Of a stretch of 64,000 nt of DNA, positions 9,295-18,254 are shown piece after piece; within the stretch, counting starts at the first letter, position 1, and each line of letters opens with the position of its first letter. Below the pieces are notes generated by a model that saw only the letters and a program-made list of their open reading frames with translations, had not been told where the DNA came from and did no database searches. Source of the stretch: Syntrophales bacterium (lineage in GTDB: Bacteria > Desulfobacterota > Syntrophia > Syntrophales > UBA2210); the NCBI GenBank assembly GCA_963664485.1, contig OY761459.1, positions 2,225,949-2,289,948 of the forward strand, written 5' to 3'. Position numbers and translations under genes: made by a program.

Positions 9295-10245
9295 ATGGAA
9301 GTATTATTAGTACCAATGGGTGGGATAGGATTACATCATTTGTTGCTCGGTTTTGCTGGAGGTTTGGTTGGTGCTTGCTTTGCAGCCGTGCCGGCATTCG
9401 CTATATGTGGCATTTTTGTAATTTTAGGTGTTCTTGCAACCTATACTGGTGCAGGCGGTATGGTGCTTAACAACATAGCCTTCGGTCATGTTGTCGGTCC
9501 TCATACTGCATTTGCCGGTGCGGTAGCTGCTGCGGCATATGCAGGGCATAAAAAATATTTGGAGACGGGCCGGGATATTTGTACAGCATTAACCAGCGTC
9601 AGACAACCCGATGTCCTTCTGGTAGGTGGGGTTTTTGGCGTACTGGGCGTTGTGCTGGTATGGATCTTTCAGACCCTGATGCCTTTTTGCGGGTGCTGCG
9701 GATTTCACTGGACGGATTCTATCGGTCTTACCGTTGTTCTGTCCGCGGTTTTAGCTCGATTCATGTTTGGAAATACTGGTTTGTTCGGAAAAGTTGGTGA
9801 AGGAGAGAAGCGTTTCGCTCCGCCGATTGAGAAAGCCTGGCTTCCACAGCAATTCTCAGCTTTCCAGATTCTCGTGGTCGGTTTGGGTTTTGGTTTGTTC
9901 TCAAGTTATCTGGCACTTATAGTAGGGCCTGAACACGGCGGTGTGGTTATCGGGTTTGGTATATCAGCGCTGTCTTTGTTTTTACTACAGGCAGGGTTTG
10001 GAATACCGGTAACTCATCATATTACGCTTATTGCTGCTGGTGCTTGCATGGCCAGTGGTGGCAGCCTTATCTGGGGTGCTATATTCGGTGTCGTTGCCGC
10101 ATTTGTCGCAGAATATGGGTCTCGACTTTTTCTGGATTATACAGATACTCATATTGATCCACCAGCCTTTGCCATCTGGACAATGTGGTGCGTACTGGTT
10201 GGGTTTGGAGAACTTGGTATCTATAGTGCGATTCCTTTCCCCTGA
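9295..10245 (+). CDS. Polytopic membrane protein, no family recognised (possible substrate/product transporter)
   Basis: 316 aa, Gly/Ala-rich with about 9-10 hydrophobic segments. Strong RBS (GAGAGGAGG). Sits inside the GRE operon. Confidence 0.7.
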   Translation: MEVLLVPMGGIGLHHLLLGFAGGLVGACFAAVPAFAICGIFVILGVLATYTGAGGMVLNNIAFGHVVGPHTAFAGAVAAAAYAGHKKYLETGRDICTALTSVRQPDVLLVGGVFGVLGVVLVWIFQTLMPFCGCCGFHWTDSIGLTVVLSAVLARFMFGNTGLFGKVGEGEKRFAPPIEKAWLPQQFSAFQILVVGLGFGLFSSYLALIVGPEHGGVVIGFGISALSLFLLQAGFGIPVTHHITLIAAGACMASGGSLIWGAIFGVVAAFVAEYGSRLFLDYTDTHIDPPAFAIWTMWCVLVGFGELGIYSAIPFP

Positions 10246-10345
10246 TCATATGAGTACGCGTTTGAATCTCTTAAAAGATCAAAACATGGCAGGGGGTATG
10301 CCAGGATAGACCCCCTGTCATGATACTTAGTTAAAGGTGTCTAAG

Positions 10346-11314
10346 ATGGATAATAGCCTTAAAGGTACAGTGTTCAATATACAGCGTTATACTGTCCATG
10401 ACGGCCCTGGGACGAGAACGGAAGTATTCTTAAAGGGTTGTTCGTTATCGTGCCGATGGTGTTCTAATCCGGAAGGACTTAATAGAAATCCAGAAGTAGG
10501 AGTTTACCCTGATAGATGTATAGGAATTGATAAGTGCGGTTATTGTTTGAATCTTTGTCCTGATAATGACGACAAGGATATCCTTTGTATCTCTGAGAAT
10601 GTCGTTAAATCAATAGACCGCGACCTTTGCACTAACTGCTTAAAATGCTCTGATGCCTGCCCTGCAAATGCCTTAGTCACGTGGGGCGACACGATGACAG
10701 TTCAAGAAGTAGTAAGAGAGGTTCTAAAAGATCGTGAATTTTACGGCAATAAAGGTGGTGTAACTATTTCCGGGGGTGAACCACTGGTACAGTGGCAGTT
10801 TACAATGGAAGTTATGAAAGCCTGTAAAAAAGCGGGAATCCATACATGTATTGAGACCACATTTCATGCGTCCCAGAATTTTGTTGAGAAGACGCTTAAA
10901 TATGCGGATTACATCCTTACAGACATTAAGCATATGGATTCAGACATGCATAAAGAAGGTACAGGGGTTGGGAATGAATTAATTCTCGAAAACCTGACTC
11001 GAATGAGTAAAATGGGTATTCCCTACATAATCAGGGTACCTGTCATTCCATACTTCAATGATTCAATTGAAAATGCAAAAATTACCGCCGAATTTATCAG
11101 CAGCAATATGGGGAATACCGCGGTTCAGGTGCAGCTTTTAGTGTTTCATGAGTACGGTAAGGTTAAGTACCCGACCTTGGGGATGAAATATCCTTTAGAG
11201 GGACAGACGTGGCCTGATAGGGCGCAACAAAAAAATACTATTTTAAAAATGGTTGACACGATGAAAACCTATGATGTGCCCGTAGTCGTAGGGAGTAATG
11301 TAAAAGCGAAATAG
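10346..11314 (+). CDS. Glycyl radical enzyme activating enzyme (radical SAM with ferredoxin-like insert)
   Basis: CSLSCRWCSNPE radical SAM motif near the N-terminus, plus extra Cys clusters (CIGIDKCGYCLNLCP, CTNCLKCSDACP). The track starts at GTG 10337; ATG 10346 has better RBS spacing. Confidence 0.9.
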   Translation: MDNSLKGTVFNIQRYTVHDGPGTRTEVFLKGCSLSCRWCSNPEGLNRNPEVGVYPDRCIGIDKCGYCLNLCPDNDDKDILCISENVVKSIDRDLCTNCLKCSDACPANALVTWGDTMTVQEVVREVLKDREFYGNKGGVTISGGEPLVQWQFTMEVMKACKKAGIHTCIETTFHASQNFVEKTLKYADYILTDIKHMDSDMHKEGTGVGNELILENLTRMSKMGIPYIIRVPVIPYFNDSIENAKITAEFISSNMGNTAVQVQLLVFHEYGKVKYPTLGMKYPLEGQTWPDRAQQKNTILKMVDTMKTYDVPVVVGSNVKAK

Positions 11315-11351
11315 CCTAAGGGCCTAAGTAAGTCAGAAAGGAGAAAAAACT

Positions 11352-13154
11352 ATGTTTGGATGGTTTAATAAGATACTGAGAATTAATCTTTCCAGTGGAA
11401 CTGTAAAAATAGAACAACTTGACCCGGAGATAGTAGAAAAATTCCTTGGGGGGAGAGGGCTCGCGAGTAAAATTTTAAGTGACGAGATAAATCCCGCTAT
11501 CGATGCATTGAGTCCGGAAAATAAGCTTATTTTTGCGGCAGGTCCCCTTACTGCTGTGCGTGCACCCCTTACCGCAAGATACATGGTTGTGACCAAGGGT
11601 CCATTGACAGGCGCTATTGCATGTGCAAATTCAGGTGGAACCTGGGGTGCAGAAATGAGAAGCGCCGGATATGATGTTATTATTATTGAGGGTAAAGCAG
11701 AAAAACCGGTCTATCTATGGATTTATGATGATGACGTGGAGATCCGTTCAGCTGAACATGTTTGGGGAAAAGGCATAACTAAATCAACAGAACTGCTCCA
11801 GAGTGAAACAGATGGAAAAGCGAAGGTGAGCTGTATTGGCCCAGCCGGAGAAAATATGGTCTTGTTTGCTTCTATTATTAATGATTATCACCGGGCCGCT
11901 GGTCGTTCAGGTGTAGGTGCTGTTATGGGAAGTAAAAATCTCAAAGGCATCGTTGTAAAGGGATCGAGGAAGAAGGTTGAAGTGAAAGATCCTAGTGGAT
12001 TAGCTGAGGTTTCTAAACAATGCACAAAAAAGATACAGGAGAGTCCTGCAACATCAGAGTGGTTGCCGGCTTTGGGCACAGCTATGTGTGTAACCCCGGT
12101 TAACAGCCAAGGAGCGTATCCAATCAGAAATGGACGTGAATCTTTCATAGAAGATGATAGTGCAATAAACGGGAATGCATTGGCTGAAAAGTATTTTGTG
12201 AAAAAGCAAGGGTGTTCTCATTGTATCATCCAATGTGGCAGGGGAACAATGGTGGCGGATGGACCGTTCGCGTGTAGCGGGGAAGGACCGGAATATGAGA
12301 GTCTGTGGGCACTAGGCGCATGTTGCGGCATTACAGACCGCATTGATGCTGTGATAAAGGCTAATCAAATTTGTGATGATCTGGGCATGGACACCATGAG
12401 CATGGGGCTAACCATTTCATGCGCAATGGATCTTTTTGAAGACGGTTTGATTCCAGAAGATGACATTGGCATGTCACTAAGGTTTGGGGATGCTGCTGCC
12501 ATGGTCAAGCTGGTTGAAGATACTGGTTATTGTAGGGGATTTGGAGCTAAACTGGCATATGGATCATACAGGCTTTCTGAATCATATGGATACCCTGAAT
12601 ACTCGTTGACCTGTAAGAAGCAGGAAATAGCCGCGTATGACCCTCGTGGTGCACAAGGTCAGGGATTAGCCTATGCTACATCAAATTGTGGTGCAAGTCA
12701 CTGCAGGGCGAACGTTCACCAGCAGGAGCTTCTGGGGGCAGATCCGGTAGATCCTCATATCACTGAAGGAAAGGCCTATCTAGTAAAGTGGAAACAGGAT
12801 TTCTGGAGCACTGTAGATTCCTCCGGAATATGTGCATTCCTGTTCTTTGGCATTGCACCTGCAGATTTTATTGATGCTCTCAATGCTGTTACCGGAATGA
12901 ACTATGACTGGGACATGGTTTTAAAAACTGGGGAAAGGATCTGGAATATGGAAAAACAGTTCAATCTAAAAGCCGGGTTTACGGCTGCAGATGATACTCT
13001 AGCTCCACGATTCCTGACTAAACCACCTGAAACTGGTCCTACCAAAGGAATGGTAAACAAACTGAATGTAATGTTACCTGAGTATTATGAATTACGTGGT
13101 TGGGATACCAACGGTGTGCCTACTCAGGCAAAATTAGATGAACTTGGTCTTTAG
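11352..13154 (+). CDS. aor: Tungsten-dependent aldehyde:ferredoxin oxidoreductase (AOR family)
   Basis: 600 aa with the N-terminal AOR signature KILRINLSSG...FLGGRGL and an AOR-type Cys motif (GCSHCIIQC). RBS AAGGAG. Confidence 0.9.
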   Translation: MFGWFNKILRINLSSGTVKIEQLDPEIVEKFLGGRGLASKILSDEINPAIDALSPENKLIFAAGPLTAVRAPLTARYMVVTKGPLTGAIACANSGGTWGAEMRSAGYDVIIIEGKAEKPVYLWIYDDDVEIRSAEHVWGKGITKSTELLQSETDGKAKVSCIGPAGENMVLFASIINDYHRAAGRSGVGAVMGSKNLKGIVVKGSRKKVEVKDPSGLAEVSKQCTKKIQESPATSEWLPALGTAMCVTPVNSQGAYPIRNGRESFIEDDSAINGNALAEKYFVKKQGCSHCIIQCGRGTMVADGPFACSGEGPEYESLWALGACCGITDRIDAVIKANQICDDLGMDTMSMGLTISCAMDLFEDGLIPEDDIGMSLRFGDAAAMVKLVEDTGYCRGFGAKLAYGSYRLSESYGYPEYSLTCKKQEIAAYDPRGAQGQGLAYATSNCGASHCRANVHQQELLGADPVDPHITEGKAYLVKWKQDFWSTVDSSGICAFLFFGIAPADFIDALNAVTGMNYDWDMVLKTGERIWNMEKQFNLKAGFTAADDTLAPRFLTKPPETGPTKGMVNKLNVMLPEYYELRGWDTNGVPTQAKLDELGL

Positions 13155-13217
13155 GCTTATAAACATTGCACAGGAGACATGAGCACCATTGTTAAATCTT
13201 GTACATGGGAGAAAATG

Positions 13218-13250
13218 GGCAACGATTCGATTTTTAGCATCGACGTTGCC
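13218..13250 (+). terminator. Hairpin downstream of aor (possible terminator)
   Basis: GGCAACGATTCGAT / ATCGACGTTGCC gives 12 bp with a 2-nt bulge and a 7-nt loop. It is followed by a T-containing tract and lies about 60 nt after the aor stop. Confidence 0.3.
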
Positions 13251-13724
13251 ATCTTCCTTGTGCAACACCGGTACAATGATAAAACTTGGAGTGATTATTT
13301 AATGTAACATTTCCCCGTGCCAGGTCTTCGGCATACTTGATGAGATAGGATTTAACAAACCTCAGATATGAATCCGTACCGTGGAAAATTCTCATAACCC
13401 GTGACCATCTCCTTTGTCGGCTGCAGCCATATGATCTTCAGTTTCTGGTGTATGCTTTCCCTCGGTCGCTCCTACCTTCACGTCTCATCTTCTATTCCCA
13501 TCATCCTCTCCGTTAGCCAATGTAACATCAAATATAAAGGATCCGCTTCTCCTATAAAACAAAGTAGTAATTTTCTTGTATGTCGCGGTATCATATCCCC
13601 GAACCATCGCTCTTTCTCCTTTTATACGTGTTATTCGCTAACACCCGTTTAAGAGATATCGATGGCCTAATACCTCAAGAGGCTTTCTACGACGTTATAG
13701 CCCTGGAGAATGCACGTACCGAGA

Positions 13725-13944
13725 CATTTTAACTCCAATCAGTTTATTCAGTTTAAGAGTCGGGAATTTACGAGTGTTCTTTTGAATGGCGGAATCAGAA
13801 CCAGCATGAATAGTCGTGGTAGGGTTTACGGCAATTTTTTTGTTAAACAACTTTGGAGGGTAGTGAAATAAGGAGAAATCTATCTACATTTTTCACTTTT
13901 ACAATAAAGCTCTTGGTTATCTTATTCCCTATGAAGTATATCAT
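13725..13944 (+). pseudogene. IS3-family transposase (orfB/rve) C-terminal remnant with in-frame stop and frameshift
   Basis: Hand translation: HFNSNQFIQFKSREFTSVLLNGGIRTSMNSRGRVYGNFFVKQLWRVVK*GEIYL. After a frame change it reads FHFYNKALGYLIPYEVY. This matches the rve C-terminal pattern HSDQGSQF..GI..SM...G...DN.F.ERLWR..KYEE.Y and YN..RPH.ALGY.TP.EVY. Confidence 0.6.
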
Positions 13945-14454
13945 GACAAAGAACCATTAATACCTATAACCTGTCTGCGTGAGATATACAGGCAGGCAAA
14001 AAGTGTCTTCAACAGCCCTGTTTTTTGTCTTGATTATGGGGATAGGTTTACTCTTAGGGGTATTCTGCCAGAAAACTCTACTATTAACATGTCTATTTTC
14101 AGGGGATAACTTACGCTATGAGTTTGTTAAAGAATATGGTATGAAATGATTTACTCAGGAAATCAATTTAAACTTGGTCCATGTAAATGGGGCAAGGACA
14201 CTACGACTGACATAAAAATTCCGGCTATGATTTATTCAGACTCACTACCGCAGAGACGGACTGTGGCATTAACATGAACCGGGGCCAGTTTCACACTTGT
14301 AAATTCCTGTCACCTGTCCTAATAAACCAGACCATCTGTTCAAAAATATCTGGAGATGAGTACGGTTGCAAAGTATTGTGCCTTGACCGTTTAAATTTCT
14401 AGTCATAGACTCGTCTGATAGGCTCTGTGAATTGATTTTTCAAAGGAGGTTCCG

Positions 14455-15603
14455 ATGTTGAAAGACGAAAACTGGAAAGTATATAATCCGAATGGTGACA
14501 GACGTGTCATTGCCACCAAGGAACTGCCGGGTGAACGATGGCTGGAAATCCTGGTGAGAGCCGGCTGCAGGGTGGATGTGTGCTCTTCAAAAGACATTTT
14601 GAGTTCAGGTGAGATAATCGCCGCGATAGGTGACACATGTTCAGGGGCCATAGGACAGCTGACGGAATTATGGGGGGATGAGCATTTTTCCGCTTTGAGA
14701 AATGCGGGAGGGAATGTTTACAGCAATTATGCCGTAGGTTATAACAATGTGGACGTTAATGCCGCGACAAGACACGGAATATCCGTGGGAAACACTCCGG
14801 GTGTTTTGACGGAGACCACCGCCGAAATGGCTGTCGCATTGACATTCTCGGCGGCCCGGAGGGTGGTGGAAGCTGACAGATTTACACGTGAAGGAAAGTA
14901 CGAAGGCTGGCTTCCAACCCTTTTCCTCGGGGAACTGCTCCATCAAAAAACAGTCGGAGTCATCGGGGCGGGACGTATCGGTGCGGCTTACGCCCGCATA
15001 ATGGTCGAGGGACATAAGATGAACCTTGTTTATTATGACCTTTATCAGAACAGGGCGCTCGAAGACTATGTGGCGGCGTATGCCGACTTTCTAAAATCGC
15101 GTGGAGAAAAACCGGTTTCATGCAGAAGGGTCGAAACCGTGGAAGACGTGCTTGGAACAGCCGATCTTGTGAGTCTGCATCCGTTGCTCGACGAAACCAC
15201 GCACCACCTGATCAATCGTGAACGCCTTAACCTGATGAAGAAAAACGCGATCCTGATTAACGCGAGCAGGGGTCCCCTGATCGATGAAGCCGCTCTTGTC
15301 GATCACTGCCGGAACAACCCGGATTTTCACGCGGGGCTTGATGTTTTTGAAGATGAACCGGCCTTGAAACCAGGTCTGGTTGAACTCGACAATGTAGTTA
15401 TCGTTCCTCATCTCGGCTCGGCGACGATCTGGACACGACAGAGCATGGCCACTCTCGCGGCAGGAAACATCGCCGGTATACTGATGGGATATCCGGCTTG
15501 GAAAAAAGACGATATTTCGCCTTTTCTGGAAGAAAATCCTCCGAAAGCGGCACCGAGCATCGTTAACGCGGAAGAGCTCGGTATCCCGGGATATGCGGAG
15601 TAG
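14455..15603 (+). CDS. NAD-dependent hydroxypyruvate reductase / glycerate dehydrogenase (plant HPR1-like D-2-hydroxyacid dehydrogenase)
   Basis: 382 aa with VGVIGAGRIGAAYARMV-type NAD fold, AVGYNNVDV and GNTPGVLTETTAE. Collinear from memory with peroxisomal HPR1. RBS AAGGAGG. Confidence 0.85.
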   Translation: MLKDENWKVYNPNGDRRVIATKELPGERWLEILVRAGCRVDVCSSKDILSSGEIIAAIGDTCSGAIGQLTELWGDEHFSALRNAGGNVYSNYAVGYNNVDVNAATRHGISVGNTPGVLTETTAEMAVALTFSAARRVVEADRFTREGKYEGWLPTLFLGELLHQKTVGVIGAGRIGAAYARIMVEGHKMNLVYYDLYQNRALEDYVAAYADFLKSRGEKPVSCRRVETVEDVLGTADLVSLHPLLDETTHHLINRERLNLMKKNAILINASRGPLIDEAALVDHCRNNPDFHAGLDVFEDEPALKPGLVELDNVVIVPHLGSATIWTRQSMATLAAGNIAGILMGYPAWKKDDISPFLEENPPKAAPSIVNAEELGIPGYAE

Positions 15604-15656
15604 ATAAGGATCGGCATCCTTGCGTGAGGGGCAGTGAGAGACAGGAGAAAGATGAC

Positions 15657-16850
15657 ATGAGAATCGCCGGAAGGGTAAAACGACTGGGGGGCGAAACGGC
15701 TTTTGCCGTTTCCGCAGAAGCGGCCGCTTTTGCTGCCGAGGGCAACAAAATATATCCTTTCCATCTGGGTGATATCAACATGGCAACGCCTTCCAATATC
15801 GTGGATGCGGCCTACAGGGCTATACGGGAAGGGAAAACCGGTTATTGTCCTAATGCCGGGGTCCCACGGCTACGTGAACTGCTGGCCGACGATATCAGCA
15901 GGTCACATAACGTCGATTACACCATGGAGAACGTATCCATTCAACCTGGAGGTAAGCCGGTCATCGGCAAGTTTCTCCTGGCGCTTATGAATCCGGGTGA
16001 CGAGGTGCTTTACCCCAACCCCGGTTATCCCATTTATGAATCACAGATAGAGTTTCATGGAGGCAGGGCCCTTCCGTACGGATTTATTGAAGGAACGGAA
16101 ACTTTCGAATTGGATATGGATGAGCTTGAGCGGCAGATAACCTCACGAACCAGGCTGCTCATATTCAATGACTTCCAGAACCCTACCGGTGCGGAATGCC
16201 GAATCGAAGATCTTGAGAAACTCGCGGAACTGGCTATCCGGCATGATCTTTATGTATTGTGCGACGAATCCTATTTCGATGTTCGCTACGAAGGGAAAAG
16301 CGTTTCGCTGGCATCGTTTCCAGGCATGAGGGAACGGTGCGTAATCCTTTACAGTTTCTCCAAGAAATTTGCCATGACAGGGTGGCGTATAGGAGCGGCA
16401 ATAGGTCCCCGGGAAGTCATTGATGTGATTACCAGGCTCAATGTCAATGATGAATCCTGCACTAACCACTTCACACAGTACGCGGCAATGGAGGGACTCA
16501 CTGGTGATATGAGAGAAGCTAAAGCTATCCTGAGTACTCTCAGGGACAGGAGGGACGTCGCCGTCGATCTTCTCAACTCTATAGAGGGTGTACGATGTTT
16601 CCGGCCGAACGTTACCTTTTATCTGTATCCCAACGTTACCGCGGCGATGAAGAAAAAGGGTATCGGCGATTACGAAACATTTCGTAAAACCCTGATGCGC
16701 GAGACCGGCGTGTCTGTTTGTACACGTCTGCACTTCGGGCGTACCCTGGAAGGCGAGAGGGAATTCCATATACGCCTGGCATATTCGGGAATCGATGTGA
16801 ACGATATCAGGGAAGGGCTCGGCAGATTCAAAACCTTTATAGAAGGATAA
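15657..16850 (+). CDS. Class I/II pyridoxal-phosphate aminotransferase (AspC-like)
   Basis: SFSKKFAMTGWRIG PLP-lysine motif. AGGAGA RBS before ATG 15657; the track start at 15624 is less likely. Confidence 0.85.
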   Translation: MRIAGRVKRLGGETAFAVSAEAAAFAAEGNKIYPFHLGDINMATPSNIVDAAYRAIREGKTGYCPNAGVPRLRELLADDISRSHNVDYTMENVSIQPGGKPVIGKFLLALMNPGDEVLYPNPGYPIYESQIEFHGGRALPYGFIEGTETFELDMDELERQITSRTRLLIFNDFQNPTGAECRIEDLEKLAELAIRHDLYVLCDESYFDVRYEGKSVSLASFPGMRERCVILYSFSKKFAMTGWRIGAAIGPREVIDVITRLNVNDESCTNHFTQYAAMEGLTGDMREAKAILSTLRDRRDVAVDLLNSIEGVRCFRPNVTFYLYPNVTAAMKKKGIGDYETFRKTLMRETGVSVCTRLHFGRTLEGEREFHIRLAYSGIDVNDIREGLGRFKTFIEG

Positions 16851-16967
16851 CCTTAGGGTCTGAACGCCGTTCTTATGTTGTCATATACCGGCAAGGAATA
16901 ATCTTCATGGAACTTGCCATTAGTGGCATTTTCGCCGCACCGGATTATAAAAACCGAATCGGTTTAT

Positions 16968-18221
16968 TTATGATACTTTATCACCGGTCATTGTTTTATG
17001 GGACGTAATGAAGGCCGGAATAATTAACGCGATAACCGCACCTGCGGCTCCGACCGGCCAGAATTCTCCGCCGAAGCCGTGCAGGTTTACGAAGTCTACT
17101 GCAATTCCGAGAAGGGGAGCCGCGACCATCGTTGAGACTGATTTTGCCTGGCTCTCTATGGAAAGCACGGTTGCACCGCGTGTCTCAGTCGCATACTCAT
17201 CGAACCGGCTGATAAGTATCGGTCTCCACAGGTTCTGCATGACGTACATCACCACAAATACCACGACTGCAATGTTATAGCATTTCAGATACAGGGCAAC
17301 AGCCAGTAAAATGTAAACAAAGAACGCGCCCTTCCAGATAAAATACGCTCCCCGTTCCTCTCCTCCCGCGTACCGGGTAATCCTGTGTGAATTGCGGCTC
17401 GCCAAGGCTGACAGAAGATGCAAAGCGAAGTAGACTATTCCTACGATAATCGCGCTGCGGCGGGTATTTTCCATATACACAAGAAGGGGAAGAGCCAGGG
17501 CCATGCTCTTGATGACCGGCTGAAGATAATCTTTAGCCGCATTAAACACCCCTTCAAATGCCATTGATTCGGCGATAAGAAGGCGCAGGTGCCTTATTTT
17601 GAAAGTTCGAAGTGTGGCCCAGAGATTATGAAAGAGATCGAGCGCGACAACCCCTTTCTTAACCTGTCCCTCCAGCTCAATAGGATAATACATGAAATTT
17701 ACAAGTCCCAGCACATATGGAACGATGGAGAGATAAAAGACGGATGAATAGCTTTCCGTGAATATCACGAACAGGGTGGCGGCAATAACTGAAAAAGCGG
17801 AACCCAGTTTCGACCAGGAGCGTGTATAACCATAAACGCGGGTTTTTTCATCCAGGCGTCCCTGGAGTCGAAGCCAGGTGAATATCATGGCCTTGTGAGT
17901 GCCCGTTCTGAATGCCTCGCCGATGGAGAAGAAAAACATGGCGGCAAAGAAGCAGATGTATGTGCGGACAGAACCGAACAGGGCGAATGAAATGATATAA
18001 GCCGTAAATGACAACATCATGCATCTGCGGCGCCCGTACATGTCGGCCAGAGCCCCGCTGGGAACCTCAAAGAGATTGATGCAGATCTCCCTGAACGCTA
18101 CCAGAATTCCTATCTGTGTGAAACTGAATCCTCTTTCTAGAAAGAGAAGTATCATGAATGGTTCATAATACTTTTGATTTTTCAGGAACCCGTACAATGA
18201 AAAACGGCCAAGCATTTTCAA
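16968..18221 (-). CDS. MFS transporter
   Basis: 417 aa with about 12 hydrophobic segments and the MFS loop motif GALADMYGRRR. Confidence 0.8.
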   Translation of the reverse strand: MKMLGRFSLYGFLKNQKYYEPFMILLFLERGFSFTQIGILVAFREICINLFEVPSGALADMYGRRRCMMLSFTAYIISFALFGSVRTYICFFAAMFFFSIGEAFRTGTHKAMIFTWLRLQGRLDEKTRVYGYTRSWSKLGSAFSVIAATLFVIFTESYSSVFYLSIVPYVLGLVNFMYYPIELEGQVKKGVVALDLFHNLWATLRTFKIRHLRLLIAESMAFEGVFNAAKDYLQPVIKSMALALPLLVYMENTRRSAIIVGIVYFALHLLSALASRNSHRITRYAGGEERGAYFIWKGAFFVYILLAVALYLKCYNIAVVVFVVMYVMQNLWRPILISRFDEYATETRGATVLSIESQAKSVSTMVAAPLLGIAVDFVNLHGFGGEFWPVGAAGAVIALIIPAFITSHKTMTGDKVS

Positions 18222-18254
18222 TTCCTTATTTGCCTTCGACCGGCATTAAGCGGG

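Noticed and set aside
13234-13395. 53-codon minus-strand ORF (MRIFHGTDSYLRFVKSYLIKYAEDLARGNVTLNNHSKFYHCTGVAQ...) in the scar region after aor.
   Set aside because: It is short, has no RBS and I recognise no family. It probably is a fragment of a decayed gene associated with the IS remnants, and the evidence is insufficient to call it.
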